From Prorocentrum cordatum (lineage: Eukaryota), in NCBI GenBank assembly GCA_963575745.1, contig CAUYUJ010000226.1, positions 124,001 to 188,000 of the forward strand: a stretch of DNA of 64,000 nucleotides, given 5' to 3'. The position numbers and the translations under genes were made by a program. Of this stretch, positions 24,882 through 38,240 are shown piece after piece (position 1 is the first letter of the stretch; the number at the start of each line of letters is the position of its first letter). The notes below the pieces were generated by a model that ran no database searches, was not told the DNA's origin, and saw only the letters and a program-made list of their open reading frames with translations.

Positions 24882-26729
24882 CAGCGAGAGAAAGAGCGAA
24901 AGAGAGCAGCGTTCGCGCTCTCTGGGTGCCCAGCAGAGCTCGCTGGCAGGTCCGCAGCACGCGCGCCACCTCCTGCCCAGAGCCGGGGCCCCTCCTCCAG
25001 CGCCTCCCGCGCCTCGAGGGAGCCCCACGGGGGCGTCGCGCCCGAGCGACGTCGCCCCCCGACAGGCCAGTGGGCGGGCGCGGCCTTTGAGCCGGGAGTG
25101 CCGGTCGAGTGCTCGCTCGCGCGGCTCGAGCGTGCGGTGCGCCCCCCCGGCGGGTGCAGAGGGGGGGGCCCAGTCGGCGACGGAGCCCCGAGGGCCCCAA
25201 GAAGTGCCGAGAGCAGCGAGAGGCACGAGCGTGGATGGGTCCCGCTCGCTGGAGGTACGGGGGGCGGAGCGGGGGGGGGGAAGCCCTGGCGCTTCGCCCG
25301 TGGCAGGGAGGCAGGGAGGGAGGGAGGGAGGGAGGGAGGGAGGGAGAGAGAGAGAGAGAGAGAGATCGAGAGCGACAGAGCACGGGTGTCTCGCCCGCTG
25401 AAGGCCCGATAAGGGGGCCAACAACGAGGGCCACAGCCCACGTCTGCCGCAGGTCGTGTGCTCGGGGTGGCGGCAGCTCCGGTCGGTGGGAGACGGCGCG
25501 GGGGGCGTCCGGAGCACACAGCACGGAGCCAGGTCCCAGCCGTTGGGCGTTGCGTAATGGGGGGGTCGTAAATGGGGGGGTGGCGAGGGTGGTCCGAAAA
25601 GGTACCCAAACGGTACCTAAACGAGCCCCCTGGGGCTCTGGAGGGGCCCGAAAGGGGCACGAAAGGGGACCTTTTCTGACCCCCCCATTTGTGACCCCCC
25701 CATTAAGCAACGCCCAAGCCGACCCGTCCGTGCCGATGCCCGAGCCCTCTTTCCCCCCTCCCCTCGGGTGTCGTTCCGCGCGTCGGCTCGAGCCTGGCAG
25801 TCAGCCGCGTCTCCCCCGGAGGCCCAGGAGAGCTCCGCCGCCACGGGCGGCGGCGCGGCGAGGAGGAGGAGGAGGCGCAGGAGGAGGGCGAGCCAGGACT
25901 TCCTCCTCCCCCCCCCTCCTCTTCCCCTCCTCCTGCCTTCCCCTCCTCCTCCCTCCTCCCCTTCCCTTCCTCTTCCCCTCCTCCTTCCCTCCCCCGTTCC
26001 TTCCTCCTGCCTTCCCCTCCTCCTTCCTTGCTTCCCTCCGACAGCTCCCTGTCGCGCCCCCGAGGCGTGTCGGCGGGGCGGGCCGGGCATGTCGCCCGAG
26101 ATTTCCTCTCGACACGGGCGAAATCGGTTCGGGAAGAGTTCAAGCAGTGGCAAGGCATTCTGGCTCCCCTATAGTCAGGAGGAAAAGAAACACACAGACA
26201 CAATTAATCGTCGATTCCCAGGAAAATATGGGAAAATATGGGAAGTGGTGGGGAAGACAAAAACCCAGAAAATATGGGAAAATATGGGGGATATTTTTAT
26301 TTGTGTGTATTCATTTGTGTGTCCCAGTTCCCCTTCATATAGGCCCGCCAAGCAATGTTTTAAGAACCTTTTGTGGCTGAGACCGCCTTGTTTTAGCACA
26401 TCGGGCGTATGTTCTAAGAACACTCTTATTGTTCTTCGAACATCTCTGGGCTAAGAGCATTTCGAGGTAGACCTTTAGAAATGCCAGGACGGTCGGTCCC
26501 TGCTAAAAGAGTGGGTGCGATGCCAAACAGCATGTCCTGTCCATGTTGAGCAGGAGTCTCCGCCGCGGACGCCTGTCCGTGTGAGACAGGCCTGCCTATC
26601 ACTGGCCGCTGTCGGTGTTCGGCCTTCTTTGCGGTTGGGCACCGTGCACATGCTTTCCTTACCACCCATTCCGGGCGGCCAAAGCCCCACCCTCTATGAT
26701 CATGGAGCTGAAAAATACTCAATTGTTCC

Positions 26730-28650
26730 ACGGATGGGGGGCGGCTCCTTTTCAAGGTATGGCTCTCGCCGCAGTGCCGCGCGCATTTGTCTTAAAAGGC
26801 CACAGGAGTTTCACAGATGGAAGATTTATGTTCAAAATGTGGTTGTCGCATCGGCGCCGCGCGATTTCGTTTTGAGATTTGGCAGGAGTCTCGAGGATGG
26901 AGGCGGACCTTTTTCAACGTGTGATTCCGTTCCAGTGCCGCGCACATCCGTTTCAGAAGTTTGCCAAAGGTTCACGGATGGAGGGGCGCTCCTTTTCAAA
27001 ATATGGTTATATCGCTTCAGCGCCTCGCTAGTTCGTCGTACAACTTTGCAATACTATTCCGAGTGGAGGGCGAGATCCAATGTGGTTCTCGCCTTCGTGC
27101 CGCGCGCATTCGGTTTAAACGTTGCAACCTTTTCGCGGATGTAGGGCGTTTTGATTTCAACAGGTGTTTTTGTTTTTTGTTCCGCGCACATTTTCATTTG
27201 AACATTCACAAGAGTGCAACGGATACCGACGGCTGGCGTCCCAGGAATGGTGTTCAAGCCGAATTTCGGATTCTCGGGGCGCCACAGTCGAGTTGATTCG
27301 CGGTGTTGAAATCCCCGGAAGTGTACCCTGGTGTGAAAGAGAACAGTTGACGTCCACGGAGTTGTGTCTTGGCGCGACACAGGACTCTCAGACTGTTGTC
27401 TTCCAACGGGGCACTTCCAGCAGAGAACATGTTTTCTTGTAGGGACCTACGAAAAGTGAATTTGGAGCGAGGGTTCTGTTACAACATCGTTGATGCGCTT
27501 TGGGGTTGCACTGGCCATGGTGGGCGATGACCTGGAGGATGAGGTTTCTCCTCCTCCAGTCGTGTCCCTTAGAAGTAACTCCTCCTTGTCGCACCCCGAG
27601 GCCGGTCGGAAGGGCGGGACGGGCGTTTCACTTGACATTTCTTTACCATCTATGAGCCTCAAGTTGTAAATTGTCAACAGTTCCACAGATGGAGGGCGCG
27701 TCTCTGCCAAAGAGTGGCTCTCGCATTAGCGCCTCTCATATTCGTTTCGAATCTTTGTAAGAGTTTCACACATTGAGGGCGGGATGTTTTCAACATGTGT
27801 CTCTCGCCTCGCCGCGCACATTCGTTTTACAATTGCCAGAGCTCCGTTGATTGTGGGCGGTTTATTTTGATCATGTTCATCTAGCCTTAGCGCCGCGCAC
27901 ATTCATGTTAAACCATTGGAGAAATTTCACGCATTCCCATGGTTAGCGTACCGGTAAGATGTTGTTTCGGAACGGTTCAAGACAGTCAGGGCGCAGCAGT
28001 TACAGCGAGTCGCGGTATCGAAGTCCCACAGATGGGGGCCTGGCACGATGCAGGATCGTCAACACGCAACAGTCAGGTTGGCGTTGGAATCTCGAGAATG
28101 GTGTTTTGGCGCGCTTCTGGGTCTTCAAACGGTTGTCCCCCAACGGGACTCTTCCCTCAGTGGCAATGAGTCCGTGTATGGGGCCTATGAAGGAGCATGG
28201 GGCTGGGCTTCCTATAACATCGTTCATGAGTCTTAGGTTTGTATTGGTCACTCTTCTCTTCTTTCTCATTCCCCGCCTCCGCGTCCTCCATCCCTGTTCC
28301 GTGTAATGAAGTCCTTCCTGTCGCACCCCCAAACGTGTCGGTAGGACGGACCAGGTGTTTCGCCTGAGAATTTCGTTCCACGTATTATCTTGGATCTTGA
28401 GATGTCAACATCCAGTTTTGATTATAGAGGGCTGGTGGTTTTCAACGTGTGGCTCTTTCTATGGCGCCGCATATCTTCGTTATACAAACTTTGGCCTCCT
28501 TCAAGGATGGAGGGCGGCTCGTTTTTTTAATGTGGTTCTCGCCTCAGCGTCAGCATATTCGTCTTAAAGATTGCAATTGCTCCAGGGATGGAAGGCGATT
28601 CCTTTTAGACACGTGCGGTTTGCGTGTCATCGCCGCGCATGTTCATGTGA
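26730..28650. repeat. Degenerate ~80-bp tandem repeat blocks (26730-27200, 27690-27905, 28430-28650)
   Basis: Recurring GATGGAGGGCG..TTTTCAA..TGTGGTTCTCGCC..GCGCCGCGCACATT. Confidence 0.65.
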
Positions 28651-29471
28651 AGAAAATGGTTCATTGTGCGCAACTGTTCCAAGGGTTCGTATGGTTGAAC
28701 GTCCAGGAGTAGTGCTTTCGGACGTTTTAGGATTGTGGGGACGCAGAAGTAATGTTGATTGGATGTGTTTAAGCCCAAGGGGTTCATTTATGGTGCGATT
28801 TAAGATTTTCAGGCAACAGTCACGTGGATTCGCGGCGTTGACGTTCCTGGAAAGCTATTCTGGCACCATTGAAGATTCTCAAGTGTATGCCTTCCCATGG
28901 GGTATTCCCCGCGATGATGATCTATAATTTATTAGGGGCCTGCGAGGAGGGAATTTGGAGGGAGGCTTTAGTGCAACAGCGTTGACGCGCATATTGGGTT
29001 TGCACTGGTCCTCCTCCGCCTCCCTGTCTCCTCCCTCCCTCCCTCTCAGGTGACTCCGCTGCCCTGCACCACCTTGGAGCTCGCGGAGGGGCGAGCCGCC
29101 CGGCGAGTGGCGCAGGGGCCGCGCCGGCGGTCTTCAAAAGGCCCGCCCCGCGGGGGGGGGTGGCGGGAGCACCTCGAGGAGGCGAGGGGGTGGAGGGGGC
29201 ACCTCGAGGAGGCGAGGAGGAGGAGGAGGAGGAGGGAGGAGGAGGAGGAGGAGGAGGAGGAGGAGGAGGAGGAGGAGGAGGAGGAGGAGGAGGAGGAGGA
29301 GGAGGAAGGAGGAGGAGGAGGAGGAGGAGGAGAGGGAGGAGGGGGAGGGCGTGCCCCGAGATCGAGGCGGCGCATCCGCGTTCCCGGCCCGCTCGTTCGC
29401 CCTGCGAGGGGGTCCTGGCCTCCTGCCCGCCGCGGTTCGCCCGCCTCCCCGCCCCCCCACCTCCCCCCCCC

Positions 29472-30870
29472 TGCCTGCTCCTCGCCTGCTCGCGCCCGAA
29501 GGTGAGGTCGGGCCTGTCCCTCTGCAGGGGGAATACCCAGCAATGGATTAAAACAAACAGTCTGGGGACGTTCCCCCCCTGCCGCTCCTCGCCTGCTCGC
29601 GCCCGAAGGTGAGGTCGGGCCTGTCCCTCTGCAGGGGGAATATCCAGCAATGGATTAAAACAAACAGTCTGGGGACGTTCCCCCCCTGCCTGCTCCTCGC
29701 CTGCTCGCGCCCGAAGGTGAGGTCGGGCCTGTCCCATCCACTGCAGGGCGCGAAGGTGAGGTCGGGCCTTTCCAGCAAAATGTGGAATTAAAACAAAAAC
29801 AGCTGGGACGTTTCCCCCCCTGCCGCTCCTCGCCGCTCTCGCGCCGAAGGTGAGGTCGGGCCTGTCCCCTGCAGGGGGAAAATCCAGCAATGGATTACAA
29901 ACAAACAGGTGCCGTCTGGGGACGTTCCCCCCCTGCTCCTCGCCTGCTCCGGCCCGAAGGTGAGGTCGGGCCTGTGCTCTGCAGGGGGACCCGCAAGATT
30001 AAACAACAGTCTGGGGACGTTCCCCCCCTGCCTCCCTCGCCTGCTAGCGCCCGAAGGGTGAGGTCGTCCTCGCGCCTATGCAGGGGGAACATCCAGCAAT
30101 GGATTAAAACAAACAGTCTGGGGACGTTCCCCCCCTGCCTGCTCCTCGCCTGCTCGCGCCCGAAGGTGAGGTCGGGCCTGTCCCTCTGCAGGGGGAACAT
30201 CCAGCAATCATTAAAACAAACAGTCTGGGGACGTTCCCCCCCTGCCTGCTCCTCGCCTGCTCGCGCCCGAAGGTGAGGTCGGGCCTGTCCCTCTGCAGGG
30301 GGAACATCCAGCAATGGATTAAAACAAACAGTCTGGGGACGTTCCCCCCCTGTCTGCTCCTCGCCTGCTCGCGCCCGAAGGTGAGGTCGGTCCTGTCGCT
30401 CTGCAGGGGGAACATCCAGCAATGTTAAAACAAACAGTCTGGGGACGTTTCCCCCCCTGCCGCTCCTGCTGCCTGCGCCCGAAGGTGAGGTCGGTCCCCT
30501 CTGCAGGGGGAACATCCAGCAATGGATTAAAACAAACAGTCTGGGGACGTTCCCCCCCTGCCGCTCCTCGCCTGCTCGCGCCCGAAGGTGAGGTCGGGCC
30601 TGTCCCTCTGCAGGGGGAACATCCAGCAATGGATTAAAACAAACAGTCTGGGGACGTTCCCCCTGCCTGCTCCTCGCCTGCTCGCGCCCGAAGGTGAGGT
30701 CGGGCCTGTCGCTCTGCAGGGGGAACATCCAGCAATGTATTAAAACAAACAGTCTGGGGACGTTCCCCCCCTGCCGTTCCTCGCTTGCTCGCGCCCGAAG
30801 GTGAGGTCGGGCCTGTCGCTCTGCAGGGGGAACATCCAGCAATGGATTAAAACAAACAGTCTGGGGACGT
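29472..30870. repeat. Minisatellite, unit about 108 bp, about 13 copies
   Basis: CTGCTCCTCGCCTGCTCGCGCCCGAAGGTGAGGTCGGGCCTGTCCCTCTGCAGGGGGAACATCCAGCAATGGATTAAAACAAACAGTCTGGGGACGTTCCCCCC repeated in tandem. Confidence 0.95.
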
Positions 30871-32879
30871 TTTTGTTCACCGATTTGTTGGAGTATTTTG
30901 GGGAGCCTTCTGTGGGGGGTATTTAGGGTGGGCCTGTCCCTCTACAGGGGGGGGGGGGGGCCTGTCCCTCTGCAGGGGGAATGCAGTCAACGAGCATATT
31001 AAGGACAAGCGACTCTTTCAAGGGTGCCCTTGGGTCCTTGCCTGCCTCAGCCTCTGCGGCCCGTCCCTAGCAATTTTCGCAGGCCAGTTTCTCAGGTCCC
31101 TGGGGGTTTGGCCGCCTGCCGCCCAGAATACTTCAACTTCGGCCTCCAAGGGTCTTGCGTCCTGACCACGCGTCCTTACTATACGTTTTACTGTATTCAG
31201 AAATGGATACGACAAACAGTCCGGGGACGTTTTTGTGTACCGATTTGTGTGAGTATGTTTGGGGGCCTTTTGTTGGGAGTGTTTTCATTTTTCGCCCAAG
31301 ATCGGCCTCTAGGGGACAGGCCCGACTTAACCCGATCTTCTGACCGTTTTCGAATATTTGTGGGGGGTCTCTTTTGGGTATTCTTCATGTTTGTCGTCCC
31401 AAACTCGGCCTGTAGGGGAGGACAGGCCCGACACTTGGCATCGCTCGGACGTGTGCATCTTTCCTTCGACGTGGACCATCGAGGAGCCTCCTTGATCATT
31501 TGGCGAAACAGCCACGCCCGAAACCGACACAAAAACACAGGGAATGGACGTCCGAGCGACGGCGAGGACCTCACCCGAAGGCCCTCGCCCCCTCCTCTCC
31601 CGGCGGGCGCCGGCGCGCCGGCGGCCTCTCCTCGGCCGCGGCCGCGCCCCCCCCCCTTGCTCGGGGGTGGACAGACCTCCTACCCTGGCACGTCGATTAA
31701 GGAATTGGCCGTCTTCGGTTCGCGAGAGGGCGTCGCGGCCGTCATTGTTGCGGGTCCCAGGCCGTTTTCTTTAAAGGGGAGGTCTACTGAAGGGGAGGTT
31801 GGTCCACCGCCGACCTTTGCGCTCCGACGCACGAGCGACGCGGCGAACGACGGGGCCGTGTTCGCCGGCATTCGCCCGCAAGCTGCCCGCGCCCTCGTCC
31901 CCATGGCAGCGTTACGTCGGGCCTGTCCGTCCCTCTACAGGGAGGATTTTCAAAAGTAGTCAAACAACTAGTCGGGGGACGACTTGTTGTCCACCTATAC
32001 GCATTTGGGGGCCATTTTGGGTGTATTTTTTTGTTGTGTCGTTCAAAATCCCCCTGTAGGGGGACACGCCCGGCCTAAGCGTGGCATGCCGCGCTGGCGG
32101 CCCGCGTAAGCTGCGGCGTGAGATCGCTATGTCATCTTGCGTATGACCCCTCTTTGTGATCGTCGCCCGCAGGCCACCCTTTGGAAGCAGCGTGGTATAC
32201 ACGTCGGTCGCTGAAAGTAGGTGCTTCTGGACTCCCTGAGACCCTGGCGTCCCCATTTTTGTTTCGAGCCGGGCGCTTTCTCCTTTTTTCGGGCTCCGGG
32301 ACCCTCGCAGATCGACCCGGCTCGAAAAATGGCGCGTCTCGGGCTCCGGGCGTGCTTTTTGCGACGTTGCAGCACGAGTTTGTCGCTGCGCCAGCTCTCG
32401 GGGCTCCCAGACCCCAATCTACGCCGAGCGCCTTCCTGCTTCAATCAAGAGCAGGCAAGCGTTTGTTGGCTGGGTGCTGTTGCTCCCTTTGGAGGGCCTG
32501 GGCCCACTCTGCGATGCCCGCCTCCCCGCGTCATGCTTTTACCTGCCTCTTCCGCCCGACGTGCAGAGGCGGGAGGTACCGAAGGCGTTGCAAGCAGATG
32601 GGGGCTCGTCTATTAGGGGCGCAGGGTCGATCCGCCCGGCCCTCGACTCTGCCCGGCTCGATCCGCGCGGCTCGAACCGCACGGCAGAATCGTGCCGCAT
32701 GGCCGATGCCTCGCGGAAGCATCGGCGACGCCGGCGATCGCATCGGCACCGTCGGTGTGGAGAAAATCGGGCTCCACACCGAGCCGCATCGCCGATGCGC
32801 CGGCGATGTGGCGCGATCCTGCGACTCCATCTGGGAGGCATGGAGCCCTGCACAGGGGGGAGGGCTTATGGTGGCCATG

Positions 32880-33620
<741 letters not shown>

Positions 33621-36600
33621 GGAGGCCGGCACGAGCGGAGGCGGCAAGGCCCGGCGAGGGCCGGGGTCCGCTGGCGAAAGGAGGTGGAGGAGAAGGGGGG
33701 GAGGGGGAGGGGGAGGGGGAGGGGCGGGAGGAGCAGGAGGAGGAGGAGGAGGAGGAGGAGCAGGAGGGGGAGGGGGAGGGGGAGGAGGAGACCGGGACGA
33801 GGGGCGGCGGCAACGCCCGGCGGGGAGCTGCTGACGAACGATCCGTACACACCCGTACCCATACGGGGGGGTTCGAAAGAGAGGAGGACTGGCTGTGCTG
33901 ATGCGCGATGGTTGTTGGATCCCGAGGGGGGCTCCCGTTTCGGCGGGGACCCGCATCTCTGACACCACACGCCCATAGCCCCCTTCCCTTTCCCCCCTCT
34001 GGGTATTTTGGCGTCGCTCGGACGTGTGCATTTTTTCCTCGGCGAGGACCATGGAGGACCATCCTGGTTGACTTAAGTAGCCAAAAAAAAACCTTTCAAA
34101 ATCGAAAAGTACACGAGGAATGGACGTCCGAGCGATGGCAGGGTATGGGTGTGCTTGCTGTTCGCTCGTCGGCGGCAGCGGCGGCGCGGCGAGCCCGCCC
34201 TCTCTCAGGAAGACCTCCGGCGCCGCGGTCGGCCCCCCGGCGGCGCCTGGGCGACGCGCGCGGCGGCCCGCCTGGCGCGTTGCGAGCGCGCCACTGTCGC
34301 GCCAGGAAAATCAGCGGGCGAAGAACGGTATGAAATAAACTTTTTTGCCGTCGGGGACACCTGCCCCTGGGCGGCTGGAAAGTTTCTACCCCTACGGTGC
34401 CACCGTAAGGGTGTAAACTTTCCAGCCGCCCTGGGACAGGCGCCCCCGACAGCGAAAAAGTTTATTTTATACCGTTCTTCGCCCGTTGAAAGGGGCCCGC
34501 GCGCGCGGGCGGCCTCTGGTCGTCGAGGGTTGGGCGCGAATGGTGAGGGGGGCGATGAATGGGAGGGGGAGAGGCCCAGGACCCCGACGTCGTGCTTTTT
34601 TGTTACCACGTCCACCCCCGGAGCTCTCGGCCCCTTCCCCGGGGTTGGGTTTTTGTGCCGATTCGTTTTCTGATGGTCCCGAGGCCCGGTAAGGGCCCCC
34701 GGAGGCCGAAAAGCACGAGAAGCTTCCCGTCGTTTTTTTTTTTTTTGTTCCACAGCGCGAGGGGGTTTTGGGAAGGTGCCCCTTCGGGGCCTCAGAGGCT
34801 TTCTTTGGGGCCCTCAAGGGTCCCTTGTCGGCAGCCTTCGCTGCCCCCCCAGGAGCTCGCGCCCGGGAGGGCCGGCGCCCCGCAGCATGTCAGCGGTCCC
34901 CAACCCAGACATGATCGCGTCGTGAGAATACAGTGCGGGCGCGGCCGCAAGAAACCCTCACAAGAAACCCAACCCCGAAAGCCCGCGCGCGGGGTGCACC
35001 CGAGGGGAAGCCTGGAGCACCCTGAACGCAGCAGCTCCTGCAACGGCTGCGGGAAGTCACCGCGCAGCGCGCGGAGCGAAGAAACCCAGGGTACCCTGAC
35101 GAAAAGTAGATGGTTTCTTGATGCGCGCCCCCACTGTATGGCCCCCCCCCCTGCCCTGACCTTCCTACTTCCAGGCCTTTTAAGAAGCCTCGACTGGATT
35201 TTAGATGTCGAGGTCCTGGTGCTAGATGCTATTACGTAATACGTAGTTTACGCTCCCCCCTTCCCATCACGTAATTAACGCTCTCCCCTCCCAATCACGT
35301 AATTAACGCTCTCCCCTCCCCGGTGCGTCCCCGGCTCCAGGGGCCGATTTTCGGCACTCGCTTTCGCTGGCATCTCGGGGTACACCCTCCTCCCTCGTGT
35401 CCTCCACCCCTCGCCTCCTCCAGGTGTCCGCGGGGCGGGCCTTCTGAAGGCCGCCGGCGCGGCCCCCGGGCGTGCCACTGGCCGGGCGGCTAGCGGCTGG
35501 CCCCTCCGCCAGCCCCAGGGTGGCGAAGGGCAGCGGGGTCACCTGCAAGGGAGGGCGGGCGGGGGGGGAGAGAGTGGAGGCGGATGGAGGACCCGGTGCA
35601 AACCGAGTATCGGGCCGGGCGAAAGGGGGGGATTGGGAAAGGGGGGTACGAAATTTGCTGCATGCAGCTGGTTTCGGCCTCGCCGAGGAGCCCATTCCTC
35701 GATACATAAGCCGCCTCCGGCGCCGGGAGGCGCTGGGAAAATCAGCTACTTGAGCTGATTCTCACCCCCCCCTTTGCTATCCCCCCCTTTCGCCCGACCC
35801 GACAGTACGCGTCCACGCTGCTGCATCGAAGCCTCCCTCCCAGCTTCCCTCCTCGCAGGTCCCTGGTAGCGAGTGCATGTTCATGGCGGCAATCCGAAGC
35901 CGGGCGGCGGCTGACAAACCCGTGGCTGCTAAAACGGAGCTCCAGGAAGTTGTTTTTTCCTTCCGGGAAGCAGCCCGTTTATTATTTAGTGCGCTGAGTT
36001 TGATTCTGGGAATTTGTTAATTTCTTCCGTTTTAGCAGCCACGGATTTGCCAGCCCTCGCCCAGCTTCCAAGGCGAGCGCCCCCTTCGGAAGACAGCCGC
36101 TCGAGAGCCTCCACTCGTCCGCCTCGTGCGGGCAGAGGCTCGCCCCGCCTGGGCGCGGCCGCGCCGCGGGCGCGGGGCGCTTCCGGGCGGAACGCCCCTC
36201 CCCGGGGCAGCCGCCACGGGGGCTCCCCCCCTTGGGCGGCAGAGGCAGGCCAGCCACCACTGGGGGAGCTGTGTTCCTCACCCCCCTTTCTGGGGGCCCC
36301 TCGACTTCGACACCCCTCGCCAGAGATCGTCGATGCGAGGGGTTCCCCCGCGGGGGGTAAGGGCCACAGCTCCCCCAGTCATGGCCGGTCGGAGAGAGCG
36401 CCCGGGGGCTCGAGCGCCGAGCGACGGGGGGTGCGATGGATGTGTCGGCGGCGCGCGAGGGGGGGGACGTTGCGGGCTCGAGGTTCGCGAATGGTTCGGG
36501 CGCGCGCGCGTCGGTCCTCGGCGCTCTGCCGGCCCGGGGGGGGGGCCCGCCACCAGTAGCTGCGCCCCGCCGCGCGGGCGCTCCCCGGGGAGGCCGCGGA

Positions 36601-36642
36601 GCGATCCCGAGCGACCGCCGGAGGCCCGAGTGCTGAGCCAAG

Positions 36643-37043
36643 TTGGGCGCGGCGTAATGGGGGGGTCCTAAATGGGGGGGGGGCGAGGGTGGTTCGAAAA
36701 GGTACCCAAACGGTACACCTTGGGCGATGCGTAAGAAAACTCAAGTTTTCGGCCAGAGTCTCGATTATTCTTAACTTTTCAATGTAAATCCCAAGATTTT
36801 GATAGAAGTTCTGGGTTTTATTCAATTTCTGAGACTATGAATTTCTTAACCCATGATTTCTTAAGCATTTCGCAGGGTGTAATGGGGGGGTCATAAATGG
36901 GGGGGGGCGAGGGTGGCTCGAAAAGGTACCCAAACGGTACCTATAAACGAGCCCCCTGGGGCTCCGGAGGGGCCCGAAAGGGGCACGAAAGGGGACCTTT
37001 TCTGACCCCCCCATTAGTGACCCCCCCATGAAGCCACGCCCAA
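36643..37043. mobile_element. MITE family C (TIR TTGGGCG..CGCCCAA), internally duplicated and interrupted copy; simple copy at 25543-25717
   Basis: TSD CCAAG here and GCCG at 25543; shared core AAAAGGTACCCAAACGGTAC..GGGGACCTTTTCTGACCCCCC. Confidence 0.8.
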
Positions 37044-37581
37044 CCAAGAACCGGATCGGCGGCGTGCACCGGGGGAGGTGATCAAAGGAGAGGGCCCTGG
37101 GTGAGGAGGAGAGGGCCCTCTCAGAAGGCGACGGGGCATCTCGGAAGCCCTCCGCGCCTTCTGCGAGGTGTTCTGCGTCTTCGGGGGAGCCGATGGACCA
37201 CTCCTCGGCAGGCCAGGGGGCTGCCGAGCCTCCCGAGAAGGCCCGCCCCGTCTCGTTTCCCCCCCCTCGCCCGCCGTCGAGAACGGGGAGGCGAAGAAAA
37301 AGTGCACCTCTTTTGTGCCCTGAAGGGGCCCCCCTGGGGGCCTAAAAGGGAGCATGAAAGGTGCACGTTCTCCCCCCCCCACACTTCCCCCCCCCCCTCC
37401 CTCAGCCGCGCGAGGGGGGGGGCAGGGGGAGGGGGGAAGGCTTCTTAGAAGCACCCCTGAGGCTTGGAAGGCGCCGGCCTCGTCTATAGATGCAAGGCCG
37501 GCGCATGCTGAGAAGCAGCCTCTTTCTAGGAAGCCTTCCTCTCTCCCCCTGAACCTCATGTGCGCGCCGCCAACTCGTATC

Positions 37582-37620
37582 TCCGCAGCCATTTATCGGC
37601 TCCGAGGCATTTTTGGTTTG
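37582..37620 (+). other. Degenerate dinoflagellate spliced-leader (DinoSL) relic(s) upstream of clpC
   Basis: TCCGCAGCCATTTATCGGCTCCGAG followed by GCATTTTTGGTTTG, compared with the SL consensus DCCGTAGCCATTTTGGCTCAAG; about 220-260 nt upstream of the ATG. Confidence 0.6.
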
Positions 37621-37647
37621 CACCCCGCGCGCGGTGCACAATATATC

Positions 37648-37778
37648 CTTGGCATCGTTCGGACGTGTGCCTTTTCTCTCGTCCAGGACCATCGGGCAGC
37701 CTCTGAGCCATCCTGTGAGAAAAGACACGCACGAGGCCGAGGAGTGCTCGGGGAACTCACGTCCGACCGATGGCAAGA
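37648..37778. mobile_element. MITE family F between the SL relic and the clpC start; other copies ~31435-31566, ~34008-34142
   Basis: TIR CTTGGCATCGTTCGGACGT / ACGTCCGACCGATGGCAAG; flanks ATATC/ACATC. Confidence 0.7.
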
Positions 37779-37841
37779 CATCATATATTCGATTGCGAGG
37801 AGCTGCCCCCCCGCGGCCCGCCGCTGCGAGCGCACGCGACG

Positions 37842-38240
37842 ATGGCGCCGAGGAGGCTCCTGCTGGCCGCCGTGGCCTCCGCGGCGGCCGCGGGCGGCGC
37901 CGTCCTGGGGCTCCGCGCCTTCGCCGGCGGGCCAGCGCCGCCCGGCGCCCCGCCCGCGGGCGGCGGCCACTTCCTCGGCCACGCGGGGCCGCGGCAGCCG
38001 CCCCCCGCCGCGCCCGCGGCGCCCGAGGAGCCCGCCGGCGGCGCCGGCAGCGGCGGCGCCGCCTGCGCCGCCGCCTGCGCGGCGGGCTGCGCCTTCGCGG
38101 CCGCGGCCGCCGCAGCGTCGCGGCAGCGCCGCGCGGGCGCCGCGGGAGGCGGCGCGCCGCTCCGCGCGGCAGCTCCGCGCGGCGGTGCCGCGGGCTTCGT
38201 CGGCGGGTCGGCGGTGCCGCTGCTGGTTCGCCCCGACGAG
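37842..38240 (+). CDS. clpC: ClpC exon 1: bipartite plastid presequence (signal peptide, transit peptide, hydrophobic Ala-rich segment)
   Basis: [27 protein letters not shown]...[25 protein letters not shown]...GFVGG; ends GAG|GC and joins in frame to exon 2 (..[14 protein letters not shown]). Confidence 0.75.

Noticed and set aside
24920..25030. Possible minus-strand exon (LEAREALEE / QEVARVLRTCQRALL)
   Set aside because: The two peptide-like pieces are in different frames with too short a gap, and no partner exons were found.
29472..30870. Possible CRISPR array
   Set aside because: Units repeat in full with no unique spacers, there are no cas genes, and the context is eukaryotic. The same applies to the 72-bp and 89-bp arrays.
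32250..32340. CCATTTTTGTTTCGAG as a spliced-leader relic
   Set aside because: It pairs with an inverted copy (GGCTCGAAAAATGG), resembles the repeat at ~40615-40700, and has no coding exon downstream.
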